Positions 37,054-46,434 of a stretch of DNA of 64,000 nt are shown one piece after another (within the stretch, counting starts at the first letter, position 1; each line of letters begins with the position of its first letter). Location of the stretch: contig DATMKZ010000044.1 in assembly GCA_035570795.1 (NCBI GenBank), forward strand, positions 282 through 64,281, read 5' to 3'. Position numbers and translations under genes: made by a program. Under the pieces are notes generated by a model that saw only the letters and a program-made list of their open reading frames with translations, made no database searches and had not been told where the DNA came from. This DNA is from Rhizomicrobium sp. GTDB taxonomy: Bacteria; Pseudomonadota; Alphaproteobacteria; Micropepsales; Micropepsaceae.

Positions 37054-37976
37054 TGAGCGCCGCCCGTAACATCCAGCCGGCGACGGCGAGCGAGCGGCGC
37101 GCGATCTCGCGTCCGGCCAACGATCCCTACGCCGAAGTCGTTGTCGGCGGCATCAAGACCGCCTGCGTCAGCCGCGAGCAGATGGCGATCGTCATGGTGG
37201 AAGACTGCTTCGCCGCGCGCCGGCGGACCCAGGCGCCCAAACTGATCTTCGCCTCGAACGGCCACGCCATCGCCAAGGCGGCGACCGACGAGACGTTCCG
37301 CCGCCAGTTCGACGCCGCCGACCTGGTGCATGCCGACGGCCAGCCGGTCGTGGTCGGCGCCCGCCTGCTGACGCGCACGCCCATCCCCGAGCGCAGCGCG
37401 ACGACCGATTTCGTCCACGACGCCGCCAAGGCCGCGGTGGCGCATGGGCTCAAGATCTTCCTGCTCGGCGCGACCGAGGAGGTCAACGCGGCCTGCGCCG
37501 ACATCCTGCGCTTCCGATATCCGGGCCTTCAGATCGTCGGCCGCCGCAACGGCTATTTCGGCCGTGACGACGAGGAGGCGGTATGCGACGCGATCAACCG
37601 CTCGGGCGCGGATATCGTGTTCGTCGGCCTCAGCGTGCCACTGGAATACGATTTCTGCGTGCGCAACAAGCAGCGCCTGCGCGCCGGCTGGCTCGTCACC
37701 TGCGGCGGCTGCTACAATTTCGTCACCGGCGACTATCGCCGCGCGCCCGACTGGATGCAGAAATTCTCGCTCGAATGGCTGTATCGCCTGGCGCGCGAGC
37801 CCCGGCGCTTGTTCTGGCGCTACGCGATCACCAACCCGCTGGCGCTGGCGCTGATCTTCACGCGCTCGCGCTCGCTGAATTCCGATGCCGCCGCCGCCGC
37901 GGCGCCGCCCGCCGATTGGCAGGCGCAAGCGAGCGATGCCCCGATTGCGTCCCTGGGAACGCGCACCGCGCACTGA
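37053..37976 (+). CDS. WecB/TagA/CpsF (GT26) glycosyltransferase
   Basis: ADLVHADGQP, IFLLGA, RNGYF, DIVFVGL..EY, GGCYNF, RAPDWMQ..LEWLYRL and RRLFWRY. Confidence 0.92.
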   Translation: MSAARNIQPATASERRAISRPANDPYAEVVVGGIKTACVSREQMAIVMVEDCFAARRRTQAPKLIFASNGHAIAKAATDETFRRQFDAADLVHADGQPVVVGARLLTRTPIPERSATTDFVHDAAKAAVAHGLKIFLLGATEEVNAACADILRFRYPGLQIVGRRNGYFGRDDEEAVCDAINRSGADIVFVGLSVPLEYDFCVRNKQRLRAGWLVTCGGCYNFVTGDYRRAPDWMQKFSLEWLYRLAREPRRLFWRYAITNPLALALIFTRSRSLNSDAAAAAAPPADWQAQASDAPIASLGTRTAH

Positions 37977-37996
37977 CGACAACTCCATGCAAGATC

Positions 37997-38077
37997 CTCA
38001 TCGCCCGCTTCAGGCGGGCGATCCCATTTGCGCTTCGCGTGCCGAAATGGGTTGCCGGCACGAAGCGGACAATGACG
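37997..38077. repeat. Degenerate CGTC-tagged REP doublet
   Basis: TCATCGCCCGCTTCAGGCGGGCGATCCCA ... TGGGTTGCCGGCACGAAGCGGACAATGACG; same architecture as the 12080 element but diverged. Confidence 0.6.
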
Positions 38078-38164
38078 AAATAAGCATGTCATCCAGCATC
38101 CGCGCCGCCAAACTGGCCCCATGTTTGCAGTTCTTCCGGTACGCGTCCGAAGGAACAACATTTC

Positions 38165-39487
38165 GTGTCCAGCCTTGGCCTCAGCCTCGATACCGTTCTC
38201 GCTTTTCCCACAGGCGCGTCCGCCGCGTCGCGGCCGACGGCGCTGGAGAAGCTGCTCAAACTCGCCGGCCGCTACGCGCTCTCGGCGCTCGGCCCGGTGT
38301 GCATTTCGGGCGCGCATTTCCTCGGCGCGGTGCTGATCCTGCACACGCTGTCGCCGATTCATTTCGGCCTGTTCTCCTTCGTCATGACGATCGTGCCGTT
38401 CTGCATCAGCGCCGCCGCCGCCCTGGTCGGTGCCCCCACCACCATCGGCATCCGCGAGCGCGGCCGCGTCGACGCAGCCGAGCTTGCCACCTTCCAGAAG
38501 GCCAATTTGCTGCTGTCGCTGTTCGCGTTCGCGGTGGTCGCGGGTTCCCTGGTGGCGAGCGGCCTCAATCTCAGCGCTTCGCTCCTGTTCGGCCTCTATG
38601 GCGCGACGATGAGCCTGCGTTGGCTCGGCCGCGTCTATGCCTACGCCACCGACGCGCCGGCGCGCGCCGCGGCGTCCGACATCGCCTACGGCACGCTGCT
38701 GGTCGCGGGTCTGGGCGCGCTCTACCTGCTCGACCGCATGACGATGACCTATACCGCCGTCGTGCTCCTGGCCGCCGCCGCCGCCAGCCTGGGGCTGTTC
38801 GACCGCGCCTATCTGATCCGCCAGTTCGCGCCGTCCGCTGCCGGCCGCCTCGCCGATTATCTGCCGGTGTGGCGCGACCTGACCCGCTGGTCGCTGCTCG
38901 GCGTCGCCGCAACCGAGCTGACGATCAACGCGCATGCCTATTTCGTCACCTTCTTCTCGGGCCCCAGCGCCTTCGCGCTCCTGGCGCTCGGCAGCCTCCT
39001 GATGCGCCCGGTTGCCGTGGTTTTGCAGTCCCTACCGGACATGGAGCGCCCCGTCATGGCGCGGGCCATCGGGGCCGGCGACCTCGCCAGGGCCTTTCGT
39101 GCCGTTAAGGAATTTCGAACCGCCGCGGTCGCAGTGTTGCTGGGCACCATCCTGATCGCGGCGGCCCTGTTGACCTGGTTCCCTTCCACCGTCCTCAAGC
39201 AAGGCTACGACGCCGGCTCGGCCGCGCTGATCGTGGCGGTCTGGGCCGTCCTGATGGCGGTGCGCGCGCTGCGCACGCCCGACGCGGTGTTCCTGCAGGC
39301 CGCGGGGCAGTTCAAGCCGCTGGCCAATGTCGGCATGCAATCGTGCCTGGTGTCGCTCGCCGCCACGCTGGCGCTGCTGCTGGCGTTCGGGCCGATCGCC
39401 TCGCTGCTCGGCATCGTTGCCGGCGAGATCGTCATGACCGCCGGCATCGTCAAGCTGGTGCGCCGCTGGAAGCTCGCCCATGCCTGA
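38165..39487 (+). CDS. Wzx-like oligosaccharide flippase
   Basis: About 12 hydrophobic segments; position inside a glycosyltransferase operon. Confidence 0.7.
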   Translation: MSSLGLSLDTVLAFPTGASAASRPTALEKLLKLAGRYALSALGPVCISGAHFLGAVLILHTLSPIHFGLFSFVMTIVPFCISAAAALVGAPTTIGIRERGRVDAAELATFQKANLLLSLFAFAVVAGSLVASGLNLSASLLFGLYGATMSLRWLGRVYAYATDAPARAAASDIAYGTLLVAGLGALYLLDRMTMTYTAVVLLAAAAASLGLFDRAYLIRQFAPSAAGRLADYLPVWRDLTRWSLLGVAATELTINAHAYFVTFFSGPSAFALLALGSLLMRPVAVVLQSLPDMERPVMARAIGAGDLARAFRAVKEFRTAAVAVLLGTILIAAALLTWFPSTVLKQGYDAGSAALIVAVWAVLMAVRALRTPDAVFLQAAGQFKPLANVGMQSCLVSLAATLALLLAFGPIASLLGIVAGEIVMTAGIVKLVRRWKLAHA

Positions 39488-40409
39488 GGTCACGGTCGCC
39501 ATTCCGACGTTTCGCCGTCCGCATGGGCTGGAGCGTCTGCTCTATGCGCTGGCGAAACTGGAAACGACCGCCGCGGTCAGCGTGCTGGTCGCCGACAACG
39601 ATGCCCAAGGTCATGAAGGTCTCGATCTGTGCGAGGCGCTGCGCGGCCGCGGCTACCGCTGGCCCCTGCGCGCTGTGATCGCGCCGGCGCGCGGCATCGC
39701 CCAGGTCCGCAACACGCTGGTCGAGCAGGCGCTGGCCGATCCCGCCATGCAGTTTCTCGCCATGCTCGACGACGACGAATGGCCGGAGCCGCACTGGCTG
39801 GACGCCCTGTTGCGCGAACAGGCGAAAAGCGGGGCCGACGTGCTGCAAGGCTCGATCCTGTTCGACTTCGAGACGCGTCCCGAGGCCGGGCTCGAAAACT
39901 TCGACGGCATGTCGGATATCCGCAACGCCAGCGGCCCCATCGCCATGCTGCAGGGCGCCGGCAACCTCCTGATGACGCGCGCCGCGCTCGCGACCTTGAC
40001 GAGGCCCTGGTTCGACCCGGCCTTCGCGCTGACCGGCGGCGAGGACCGCGACTTCTTCATGCGCCTGGCGGCGGCCGGCAAGTCGTTCGCCTGGTCCGAC
40101 GAAGGCGTCGCGCACACTTTCGTGCCGGTGACGCGCAGCAGCCTCAGATGGGCGCTGTCGCGGGCCTACAGCATCGGCAATTCCGACATGCGCGTCTTCC
40201 TGAAATATGCGCCCAGCGCCGCGGCGCGCGCCTTCGAGCTCGCCAAGATCGCCGGCGCGCTCTTGTTGTCGCCGATCTTGTTCGTCATCCTCGCCTTCAG
40301 CGCGAATCGGCGCACCGGCGCGCTGCGCCGGCTGTTTCGCGCCGCAGGCAAGGCGACGGCGCTTTTCGGGCGGCAATACAATGCGTATTCCGTGATCCAT
40401 GGCGACTGA
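39480..40409 (+). CDS. GT2 glycosyltransferase (ExoM-like)
   Basis: IPTFRR, VADND, RGIAQVRN, MLDDDE and GGEDRDFF. Confidence 0.88.
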   Translation: MPEVTVAIPTFRRPHGLERLLYALAKLETTAAVSVLVADNDAQGHEGLDLCEALRGRGYRWPLRAVIAPARGIAQVRNTLVEQALADPAMQFLAMLDDDEWPEPHWLDALLREQAKSGADVLQGSILFDFETRPEAGLENFDGMSDIRNASGPIAMLQGAGNLLMTRAALATLTRPWFDPAFALTGGEDRDFFMRLAAAGKSFAWSDEGVAHTFVPVTRSSLRWALSRAYSIGNSDMRVFLKYAPSAAARAFELAKIAGALLLSPILFVILAFSANRRTGALRRLFRAAGKATALFGRQYNAYSVIHGD

Positions 40410-41712
40410 GGGATTTGCGAGCAGCATCGTCCCCGCACGCCCCAGCCTCGACACGCGCATCGCCGAGGCCGGGTTCGTCCTCCTGCTGCTCCTGATCTTC
40501 GTCGGCGTGCATCCCTTCGAGGCGCGCAACGCGGCCTCGGTCGGCGCGCGCGCCATGTCGTCGGCCACCGGCGATTCGCTGCGCCAGGTCGCCTATCTCG
40601 GCGTCTTTGCGCTGGTGGTTTATTCGGCGGCGCGCAAGCACGGCCTCGCCGCGATCCGCGCCATCCCCGTGCTGCTCGGCGTGCTGATGTTGTGGTGCCT
40701 GGTGACGGCGAGCTGGGCGGACGAGCCCGACCTCGCCGCGCGCCGCGCCGTGCTGGCGCTGACCCTTGTGGTCTCCGTCCTGCTCAGCGTCGATACGCTG
40801 GGCGCGCAGCGCGCCGTCATCCTGTGGCGCAACGTCGTCGCCTGCGTGATCATCGCGGACTGGATTTCGGTCGCCCTGGTGCACCAGGCGATACACCTGC
40901 CCGACGACGTCGAGGCCGATCTCGCGGGCTCGTGGCGCGGCCTGCACAGCCACAAGAACACGGCGGGCTTCGTGGCCGCGACGGCGGCAGCGATGTTCCT
41001 GTATTTTTCCGTCGCGACGCGGCGCTGGACCGACATGGTCCTGCTGGCCCTGTCGCTCGGCTTCCTCGTCATGACGCGCTCCAAATCGTCCATGGGCCTG
41101 TTGCCGCTGGCGCTCGCCGCAGGCGGGCTCTATCGCGTCGCGCTGCGCAACAAGCTCGACCGCAGCATCGCGGCGGTGGCGGCGATGCTGTTCCTTCTGG
41201 TGTTCGCGGTGGTCGTGACCGTGCAATGGGAGTTCATCGCCCGCTTCCTGGAAGATCCGCAGCACTTCACCGGCCGCTCGGCGATCTGGCAGGCCGAGGT
41301 CGCCTATATCCGCGACAATCCGCTGTTCGGCGCCGGTTACGGCACCTTCACCAACACCGGCGTGCGCTCACCGATCTATCCCTATGTCGGCGGCGGCTGG
41401 GTCGCCGATATCGGCGAGGGCCATAGCGGCTACCTCGAGATGCTGGTGACGATCGGCGGCATCGGTTTCGTCCTCGCCATGGCGGCGCTGGTCGCCGAGC
41501 CCTTCGTCGAATTCTGGCGAACCTGGCGCCGCGACGATCTCGTCAACGCGCTGCTGTTCACGCTGTTCTTCTTCGCCGTGCTGCACAATTTCATGGAGTC
41601 CGATTTCCTCGAAGGCACGGCGGTGCAATGGGGGCAGTTCCTCCTGATCCTCGCCTTCCTGCGCGTCTCCGGGCGCGAAGCGCGCGCGCTAGCTGGCCCG
41701 GTGCCGTCGTGA
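40399..41712 (+). CDS. O-antigen ligase/Wzy-like polymerase
   Basis: Multi-TM; HKNTAG, TRSKSS, FTGRSAIW..FGAGY and HSGYLEML. Confidence 0.85.
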   Translation: MATEGFASSIVPARPSLDTRIAEAGFVLLLLLIFVGVHPFEARNAASVGARAMSSATGDSLRQVAYLGVFALVVYSAARKHGLAAIRAIPVLLGVLMLWCLVTASWADEPDLAARRAVLALTLVVSVLLSVDTLGAQRAVILWRNVVACVIIADWISVALVHQAIHLPDDVEADLAGSWRGLHSHKNTAGFVAATAAAMFLYFSVATRRWTDMVLLALSLGFLVMTRSKSSMGLLPLALAAGGLYRVALRNKLDRSIAAVAAMLFLLVFAVVVTVQWEFIARFLEDPQHFTGRSAIWQAEVAYIRDNPLFGAGYGTFTNTGVRSPIYPYVGGGWVADIGEGHSGYLEMLVTIGGIGFVLAMAALVAEPFVEFWRTWRRDDLVNALLFTLFFFAVLHNFMESDFLEGTAVQWGQFLLILAFLRVSGREARALAGPVPS

Positions 41713-42659
41713 CGCCGTTCTTCTCCGTCGTGATCCCGGTCTATAATCGCGCCCTCGTGCTGGGCGCGGCGCTCCGCTCCGTGCTGGCGCAGAGCGACCA
41801 GGATTTCGAGATCGTCGTCGTGGACGACGGCTCGCTGGACGATCCCAAGGCGACCGTCGATGCCTTTGCCGATCCGCGCATCCGCCTCGTGCGCCAGGAC
41901 AATCGCGGCGGCGGCGCGGCGCGCAACACCGGCATCGCCCAGGCGACGGGTCAGTTCATCGCCTTTCTGGATTCCGACGACGTATTCTTGCCCCATCACC
42001 TGGCGGCGATGCGCGCAGTGCTGGCGGGGACGCGCGATACCGCCGCCTATGCGCGCATCGTCGTCGACCGCGGCGACGGGCGGACACTCCTGAAGCCGCC
42101 GCGTGCCATTCGCGCCGGCGAGGACATGGCAGCCTATCTGCTATGCGACCGCGGCTTTGTGCCGACCATCACGACCGTGGTGCCGGCGGCGCTGGCGCGC
42201 AAGGTTCTCTATCACGAGAACCTGCGCGAGGCCGAAGACACCGATTTCGCGGTGCGCCTGGCGCTGGAAGGTTGCGCCTTCGTCATGGCCGGCGAACCCG
42301 GCGCGGTGTGGAAGGATCATTTCGATCCGAACCGGCAATCGGCCGGCCGCAGCAGCGAACGCCTGGCGCAGTGGCTGGAAACCATGAAGCCGCGCATTCC
42401 GCGCCGGGCCTATCTCGGCGGCCGCGGCTGGGCCGTCGCCAAGGGCGTCGCGCCGCAGAACCCCTTCCGGGCGTTCGTGCTTTATCTGGATGCGTTGATC
42501 CATGGCTGCTATGGGCCCGGGCTCGCAGCAATCGTCTTCCTGCAGATCTTCCTGCCCGACCGCGCCTATCGCGCGCTGGCCGACGGCGCCATCGGCTGGC
42601 TGCGCTTGGGCTTGCGGCCGGCTGACAAGACAGGCGCGCCGATCGAACGCATATGCTGA
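41709..42659 (+). CDS. GT2 glycosyltransferase
   Basis: SVVIPVYNR, VVDDGS, ARNTG, FLDSDD and AEDTDF. GTG start overlaps the previous stop. Confidence 0.9.
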   Translation: MTPFFSVVIPVYNRALVLGAALRSVLAQSDQDFEIVVVDDGSLDDPKATVDAFADPRIRLVRQDNRGGGAARNTGIAQATGQFIAFLDSDDVFLPHHLAAMRAVLAGTRDTAAYARIVVDRGDGRTLLKPPRAIRAGEDMAAYLLCDRGFVPTITTVVPAALARKVLYHENLREAEDTDFAVRLALEGCAFVMAGEPGAVWKDHFDPNRQSAGRSSERLAQWLETMKPRIPRRAYLGGRGWAVAKGVAPQNPFRAFVLYLDALIHGCYGPGLAAIVFLQIFLPDRAYRALADGAIGWLRLGLRPADKTGAPIERIC

Positions 42660-43756
42660 CGCGGCGCCTGGCGCTGGCGGGCCTGGGCGCCGCCGCCTGC
42701 GCCGTCCCGGCCGCGACGCAGATCCTGCGACCGGCCTTGACCGACGAAGGGCCGTCGCTGCGCGCCCTCGCCGCGGCGCGCGGCCTCGTGTTCGGTTGCG
42801 CCACCGGCAATTACCAGCTGCGCGAGCCGGACTTCGCCTTCGCCTTCCTGCGCGACTGCGCGATGCTGGTGCCCGAATACGAACTCAAGCGCGACCTGAC
42901 CGAGCCCATACGCGGCCGCACCGATTTCTCCGCCGCCGACGCGCTGCTGGCCTTCGCGCAACAGCACGGGCTGCTGTTCCGCGGCCATCCGCTGCTCTGG
43001 TTCGATTCAAATCCGCCCTGGCTCGAGGCGGCGGTGGCGGCGGCGAAGGACGAGACCGTTTTCACCACCTTCATCCATGCCGCGGCCGGGCACTATCGCG
43101 GCCACGCACATTCCTGGGACGTCGTCAACGAAGCCATCGAGCCAAAAGACGGCCGCAGCGACGGCCTGCGCGCGTCGTTCTGGCTGAAAAAATTCGGACC
43201 GTCCTACATCGATGCCGCCTTTGCCGCGGCGCGCGACGCCGATCCCGCCGCGCTGCTGGTCTATAACGAGTATGGCCTGGAGGAAGACGGCGCCGAGCAC
43301 GACGCCCGCCGCCGGGCGACGCTCAAATTGCTGGAAGGCCTGATCGCGCGCGGCGCGCCGGTCGGCGCGCTTGGGCTGCAGGGACATCTGAGCGCCTTCG
43401 GAGAAACGCTCAACCAGAAGAAGCTGGCGGCCTTCCTCGACGCGGTGCGGGCGACCGGCCTTCGCATCCTCGTCACCGAACACGATGTCGACGACAGCGG
43501 CGGCACGCTCGGCCGCGCCGCGCGCGACGCCGCCGTCGCCGACGCCAGCCGGCGTTTCCTCGACGTGGCGCTCGACAACCGCGCCACCATGGCGCTCCTG
43601 ACCTGGGGCCTGTCGGACAGATTTCTGGATGCGGAGGGCGTGCGCAATACGCTGCTGCGCGGAGCGCCACGCAAGCTGCCGCTCGATGCGGCTCTGCAGC
43701 CGACGGCGATGCGCGATGCGATCGCGCAGGCGCTGGCCGGCGCCCGCCGGCGTTAG
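42653..43756 (+). CDS. GH10 glycoside hydrolase, probable Tat export
   Basis: TRR signal, FRGHPLLW, WDVVNE (acid/base), YNEY, GLQGH and VTEHDV (nucleophile). Confidence 0.88.
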   Translation: MLTRRLALAGLGAAACAVPAATQILRPALTDEGPSLRALAAARGLVFGCATGNYQLREPDFAFAFLRDCAMLVPEYELKRDLTEPIRGRTDFSAADALLAFAQQHGLLFRGHPLLWFDSNPPWLEAAVAAAKDETVFTTFIHAAAGHYRGHAHSWDVVNEAIEPKDGRSDGLRASFWLKKFGPSYIDAAFAAARDADPAALLVYNEYGLEEDGAEHDARRRATLKLLEGLIARGAPVGALGLQGHLSAFGETLNQKKLAAFLDAVRATGLRILVTEHDVDDSGGTLGRAARDAAVADASRRFLDVALDNRATMALLTWGLSDRFLDAEGVRNTLLRGAPRKLPLDAALQPTAMRDAIAQALAGARRR

Positions 43757-44976
43757 GCGGCTTTCCTGCCGAACGCAGCGGCGACGCGGCGATGCAGGTG
43801 CGCGGCCAGGCGTGGCGCGGCGAATTCGGAGCCGTACATGAAGCGCAGCAGCGGACCGAAGCTGTTGGAGGCCGCGAGGCCGACGAAGTAGAGGTCCGGC
43901 AGCGAGCTTTCGAAATTGTCCGACAGGATCGGCGTGCCCTCGACCTGGCCGACCGCAGCGCGCAGTTCGCCGTCCAGGAACGGCAGGCGCGCGAGGTCGA
44001 CCTTGTATCCGGTCGCGGCGACCACGTGATCGGTCGTCATGATGCGCGTGCGGCCATTGTCGTCCTTGAGCTCGAGCGCGATGCGCCCGTCGATCGTCTT
44101 GGCGCTCTGCAGATGCTGGCCGAGATAGGCCGGAATCCTGCCTTCGACCTTCTCGCGCGTGAACCAGCCCGGCGCCGGGCCGAGATGGCGACGCGTGACG
44201 TCGAGGCGCAGGCGCTGCGGCAGCTTGTGGAACAGCAGCGGCGCGTTGGTGCACAGGAAGGAGCGCCAGCCCGGCCCGATGCCGGTATCGGGGGTGCGCA
44301 ACTGCTGCAGGATCGACGGCTCGTCATTGTCGGGCGCGTTGTGAAAGGGGATGACCTTGCGGCGCGCCACGATCTTCACCTTGGCGCCGGCTTCGTGCAG
44401 CGCGATGGCGGTGTCGATCGCCGAAGCGCCGGCACCGAGCACGGTGACGTCGCGGTCCTTGAACCGGCTGAGGTCGTGGTGATCGAAGGAATGCGAGACC
44501 GCGTTCGCCGGCAGCGCCTTGAGCGCCTCGGGCAGATTCTTGAACCAGGTGATGCCGACCGCCATGACCACGCGACGGGCCTGCAACCGGGCGCCATTCT
44601 CCAGCGTCAGCGCATAGCCGTCCGCGCCGCGCGCGATGTCGGTGACGTTGAGCTGCTCCAGCGTCGGCACATAGGTGCGGGTGAACCAGTCGGCATAGGC
44701 GACGAAATCGTCGAGTGCGACCGGCGTCTTCTGGGCGGAGTATTCCTTGCCGTTGGCGGCGCACCAGGCTTCGAGGGTCGAGGCCTTGTCGGGCGCCGAC
44801 AGGTTGGAGGCGAAGCCTTCGGATTTCAGGCACATCCCTTTGGGCATGTGGTCGCGCCACGTGCTCATCGGTTTGCCGAAGATCCGGAACGAGATGCCGG
44901 CTTCGCGCAGATGGGCGGCGAGCGAGAGGCCGTAGGGACCGGCGCCGACAATGGCAACGTCGATTGAGCTGGGCAT
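43753..44976 (-). CDS. FAD/NAD(P)-dependent oxidoreductase
   Basis: Two Rossmann motifs (VGAGPYG, LGAGASA), ATGY and LYFVG. Confidence 0.85.
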   Translation of the reverse strand: MPSSIDVAIVGAGPYGLSLAAHLREAGISFRIFGKPMSTWRDHMPKGMCLKSEGFASNLSAPDKASTLEAWCAANGKEYSAQKTPVALDDFVAYADWFTRTYVPTLEQLNVTDIARGADGYALTLENGARLQARRVVMAVGITWFKNLPEALKALPANAVSHSFDHHDLSRFKDRDVTVLGAGASAIDTAIALHEAGAKVKIVARRKVIPFHNAPDNDEPSILQQLRTPDTGIGPGWRSFLCTNAPLLFHKLPQRLRLDVTRRHLGPAPGWFTREKVEGRIPAYLGQHLQSAKTIDGRIALELKDDNGRTRIMTTDHVVAATGYKVDLARLPFLDGELRAAVGQVEGTPILSDNFESSLPDLYFVGLAASNSFGPLLRFMYGSEFAAPRLAAHLHRRVAAAFGRKAA

Positions 44977-45135
44977 GTCATCCTTCCGAAACTGGCGGGA
45001 CAGCGCGCTGTCCCAAAGTGAAACAAATCTCGTTTCGAGACGCGAAAATCCCTATTTCCGCCCTCTTGGAGGCAAAATATCCAACCTTCGTGCCATGTTC
45101 AGGATTGGTTGAGGCCGTCGCATTACGCTCGCGTC

Positions 45136-46356
45136 ATGGGCCCGCGCATTCTTCTCGTCACCACCGTGAACTGGCCGTCGAGCGCCCGGCTGGCGGGAGC
45201 CTTCGCCGGCGTCGGGGCCGAGGTCGAGGCGTCGTTCCCGGCCGGACATGTGCTCGGCAAGAGTCGCGCCGTCGCCGGCCGCCACGCCTACAATCCGCTT
45301 TTCCCGTCGGCTTCGCTCAAAAGCGCGATCGCGCGCGCCGAGCCAGACCTGATCGTGCCGTGCGACGACCGCGCTCTGGCGCAGGTCCTGGCGTTCGCGG
45401 CGCGCGCACCGCGCCATGCGGCTCTCATGGAACGATCGCTGGGGCGTCTGGCAAGCTATCCGGCGCTGGTCGCCCGCAGCGCCTTCATCGGCGCGGCCCG
45501 GGCCGCCGGCATCGCCGCGCCCGAGACCGTCTCGCTGGCCGGCGAAGCGGATCTCGAAGACGAACTCGCGCGCCTCGGCTTTCCGGCCGTGCTGAAGGCC
45601 GATGGCAGTTGGGGTGGCGACGGCGTCGCCGTGGTGCGCAACCAGGATCAGGCGCGGGCCGCCTTTCGCAGGCTGGCCGTCCCGCCGTCCCGGGCGCGCA
45701 GCGTGGCGCGGGCGATGCGGCGCCGCGACGCACATTTCCTCCACGATGCGCTGCGCCCGCCTGTGGCCTCGGTCAGCCTGCAACGCTTCGTGGCCGGCAA
45801 GCCTGCGACCAGCGCCTTCGCCTGCTGGAAGGGCCGCGTGCTGGCGACCATCCATATGGACGTGCTGGAGACGCTGGGCCCGACCGGCCCGGCCAGCGTC
45901 ATGCGGCGCGTCGATTGCCCGCAGATGGAGCAGGCGGCGGTGCGGCTGGCCGAACGCTTCGGCCTTTCGGGCCTGCACGGCCTCGACTTCGTCCGCGACA
46001 GCAGCGGGGCCGCCCACCTGATCGAGATCAACCCGCGCGCCACCCAAGCCAGCGCCTTCGCCTTTGGCGGCGGCCACGACCTCGCGGCCGCACTCGCCGG
46101 CTGTGTCGCGCCGTCGGTCCGGGGGGCACGCCCCCTGGTCACCGAAAACCCCATAATCGCGCTGTTTCCGCAGGAATGGCACCGCGATCCCGACAGCCCC
46201 TGGCTGCATACCGCCTACCAGGACGTGCCCTGGGACGACCCCGACGTGTTGCGGGCCTGCCTGGAGCCGGGGCAGCCCACCCCGGTGCGCCGGCCGGCGG
46301 AGGCGGGACAGGCCGCTCCCCTCGTCCTGGCATCCCCGGGCCGCCGGCCGCATTAA
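45136..46356 (+). CDS. ATP-grasp domain protein
   Basis: FPAVLKADGSWGGDG, LQRFVAG and GLDF..LIEINPR. Confidence 0.85.
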   Translation: MGPRILLVTTVNWPSSARLAGAFAGVGAEVEASFPAGHVLGKSRAVAGRHAYNPLFPSASLKSAIARAEPDLIVPCDDRALAQVLAFAARAPRHAALMERSLGRLASYPALVARSAFIGAARAAGIAAPETVSLAGEADLEDELARLGFPAVLKADGSWGGDGVAVVRNQDQARAAFRRLAVPPSRARSVARAMRRRDAHFLHDALRPPVASVSLQRFVAGKPATSAFACWKGRVLATIHMDVLETLGPTGPASVMRRVDCPQMEQAAVRLAERFGLSGLHGLDFVRDSSGAAHLIEINPRATQASAFAFGGGHDLAAALAGCVAPSVRGARPLVTENPIIALFPQEWHRDPDSPWLHTAYQDVPWDDPDVLRACLEPGQPTPVRRPAEAGQAAPLVLASPGRRPH

Positions 46357-46434
46357 CCGTTCGTCAGGCGGTCAGGCGCTAAATCTGGCAGGAGAAGCAA
46401 AAGGCTCGCACGCGTCGGACGCGGCGAAGAGGGC

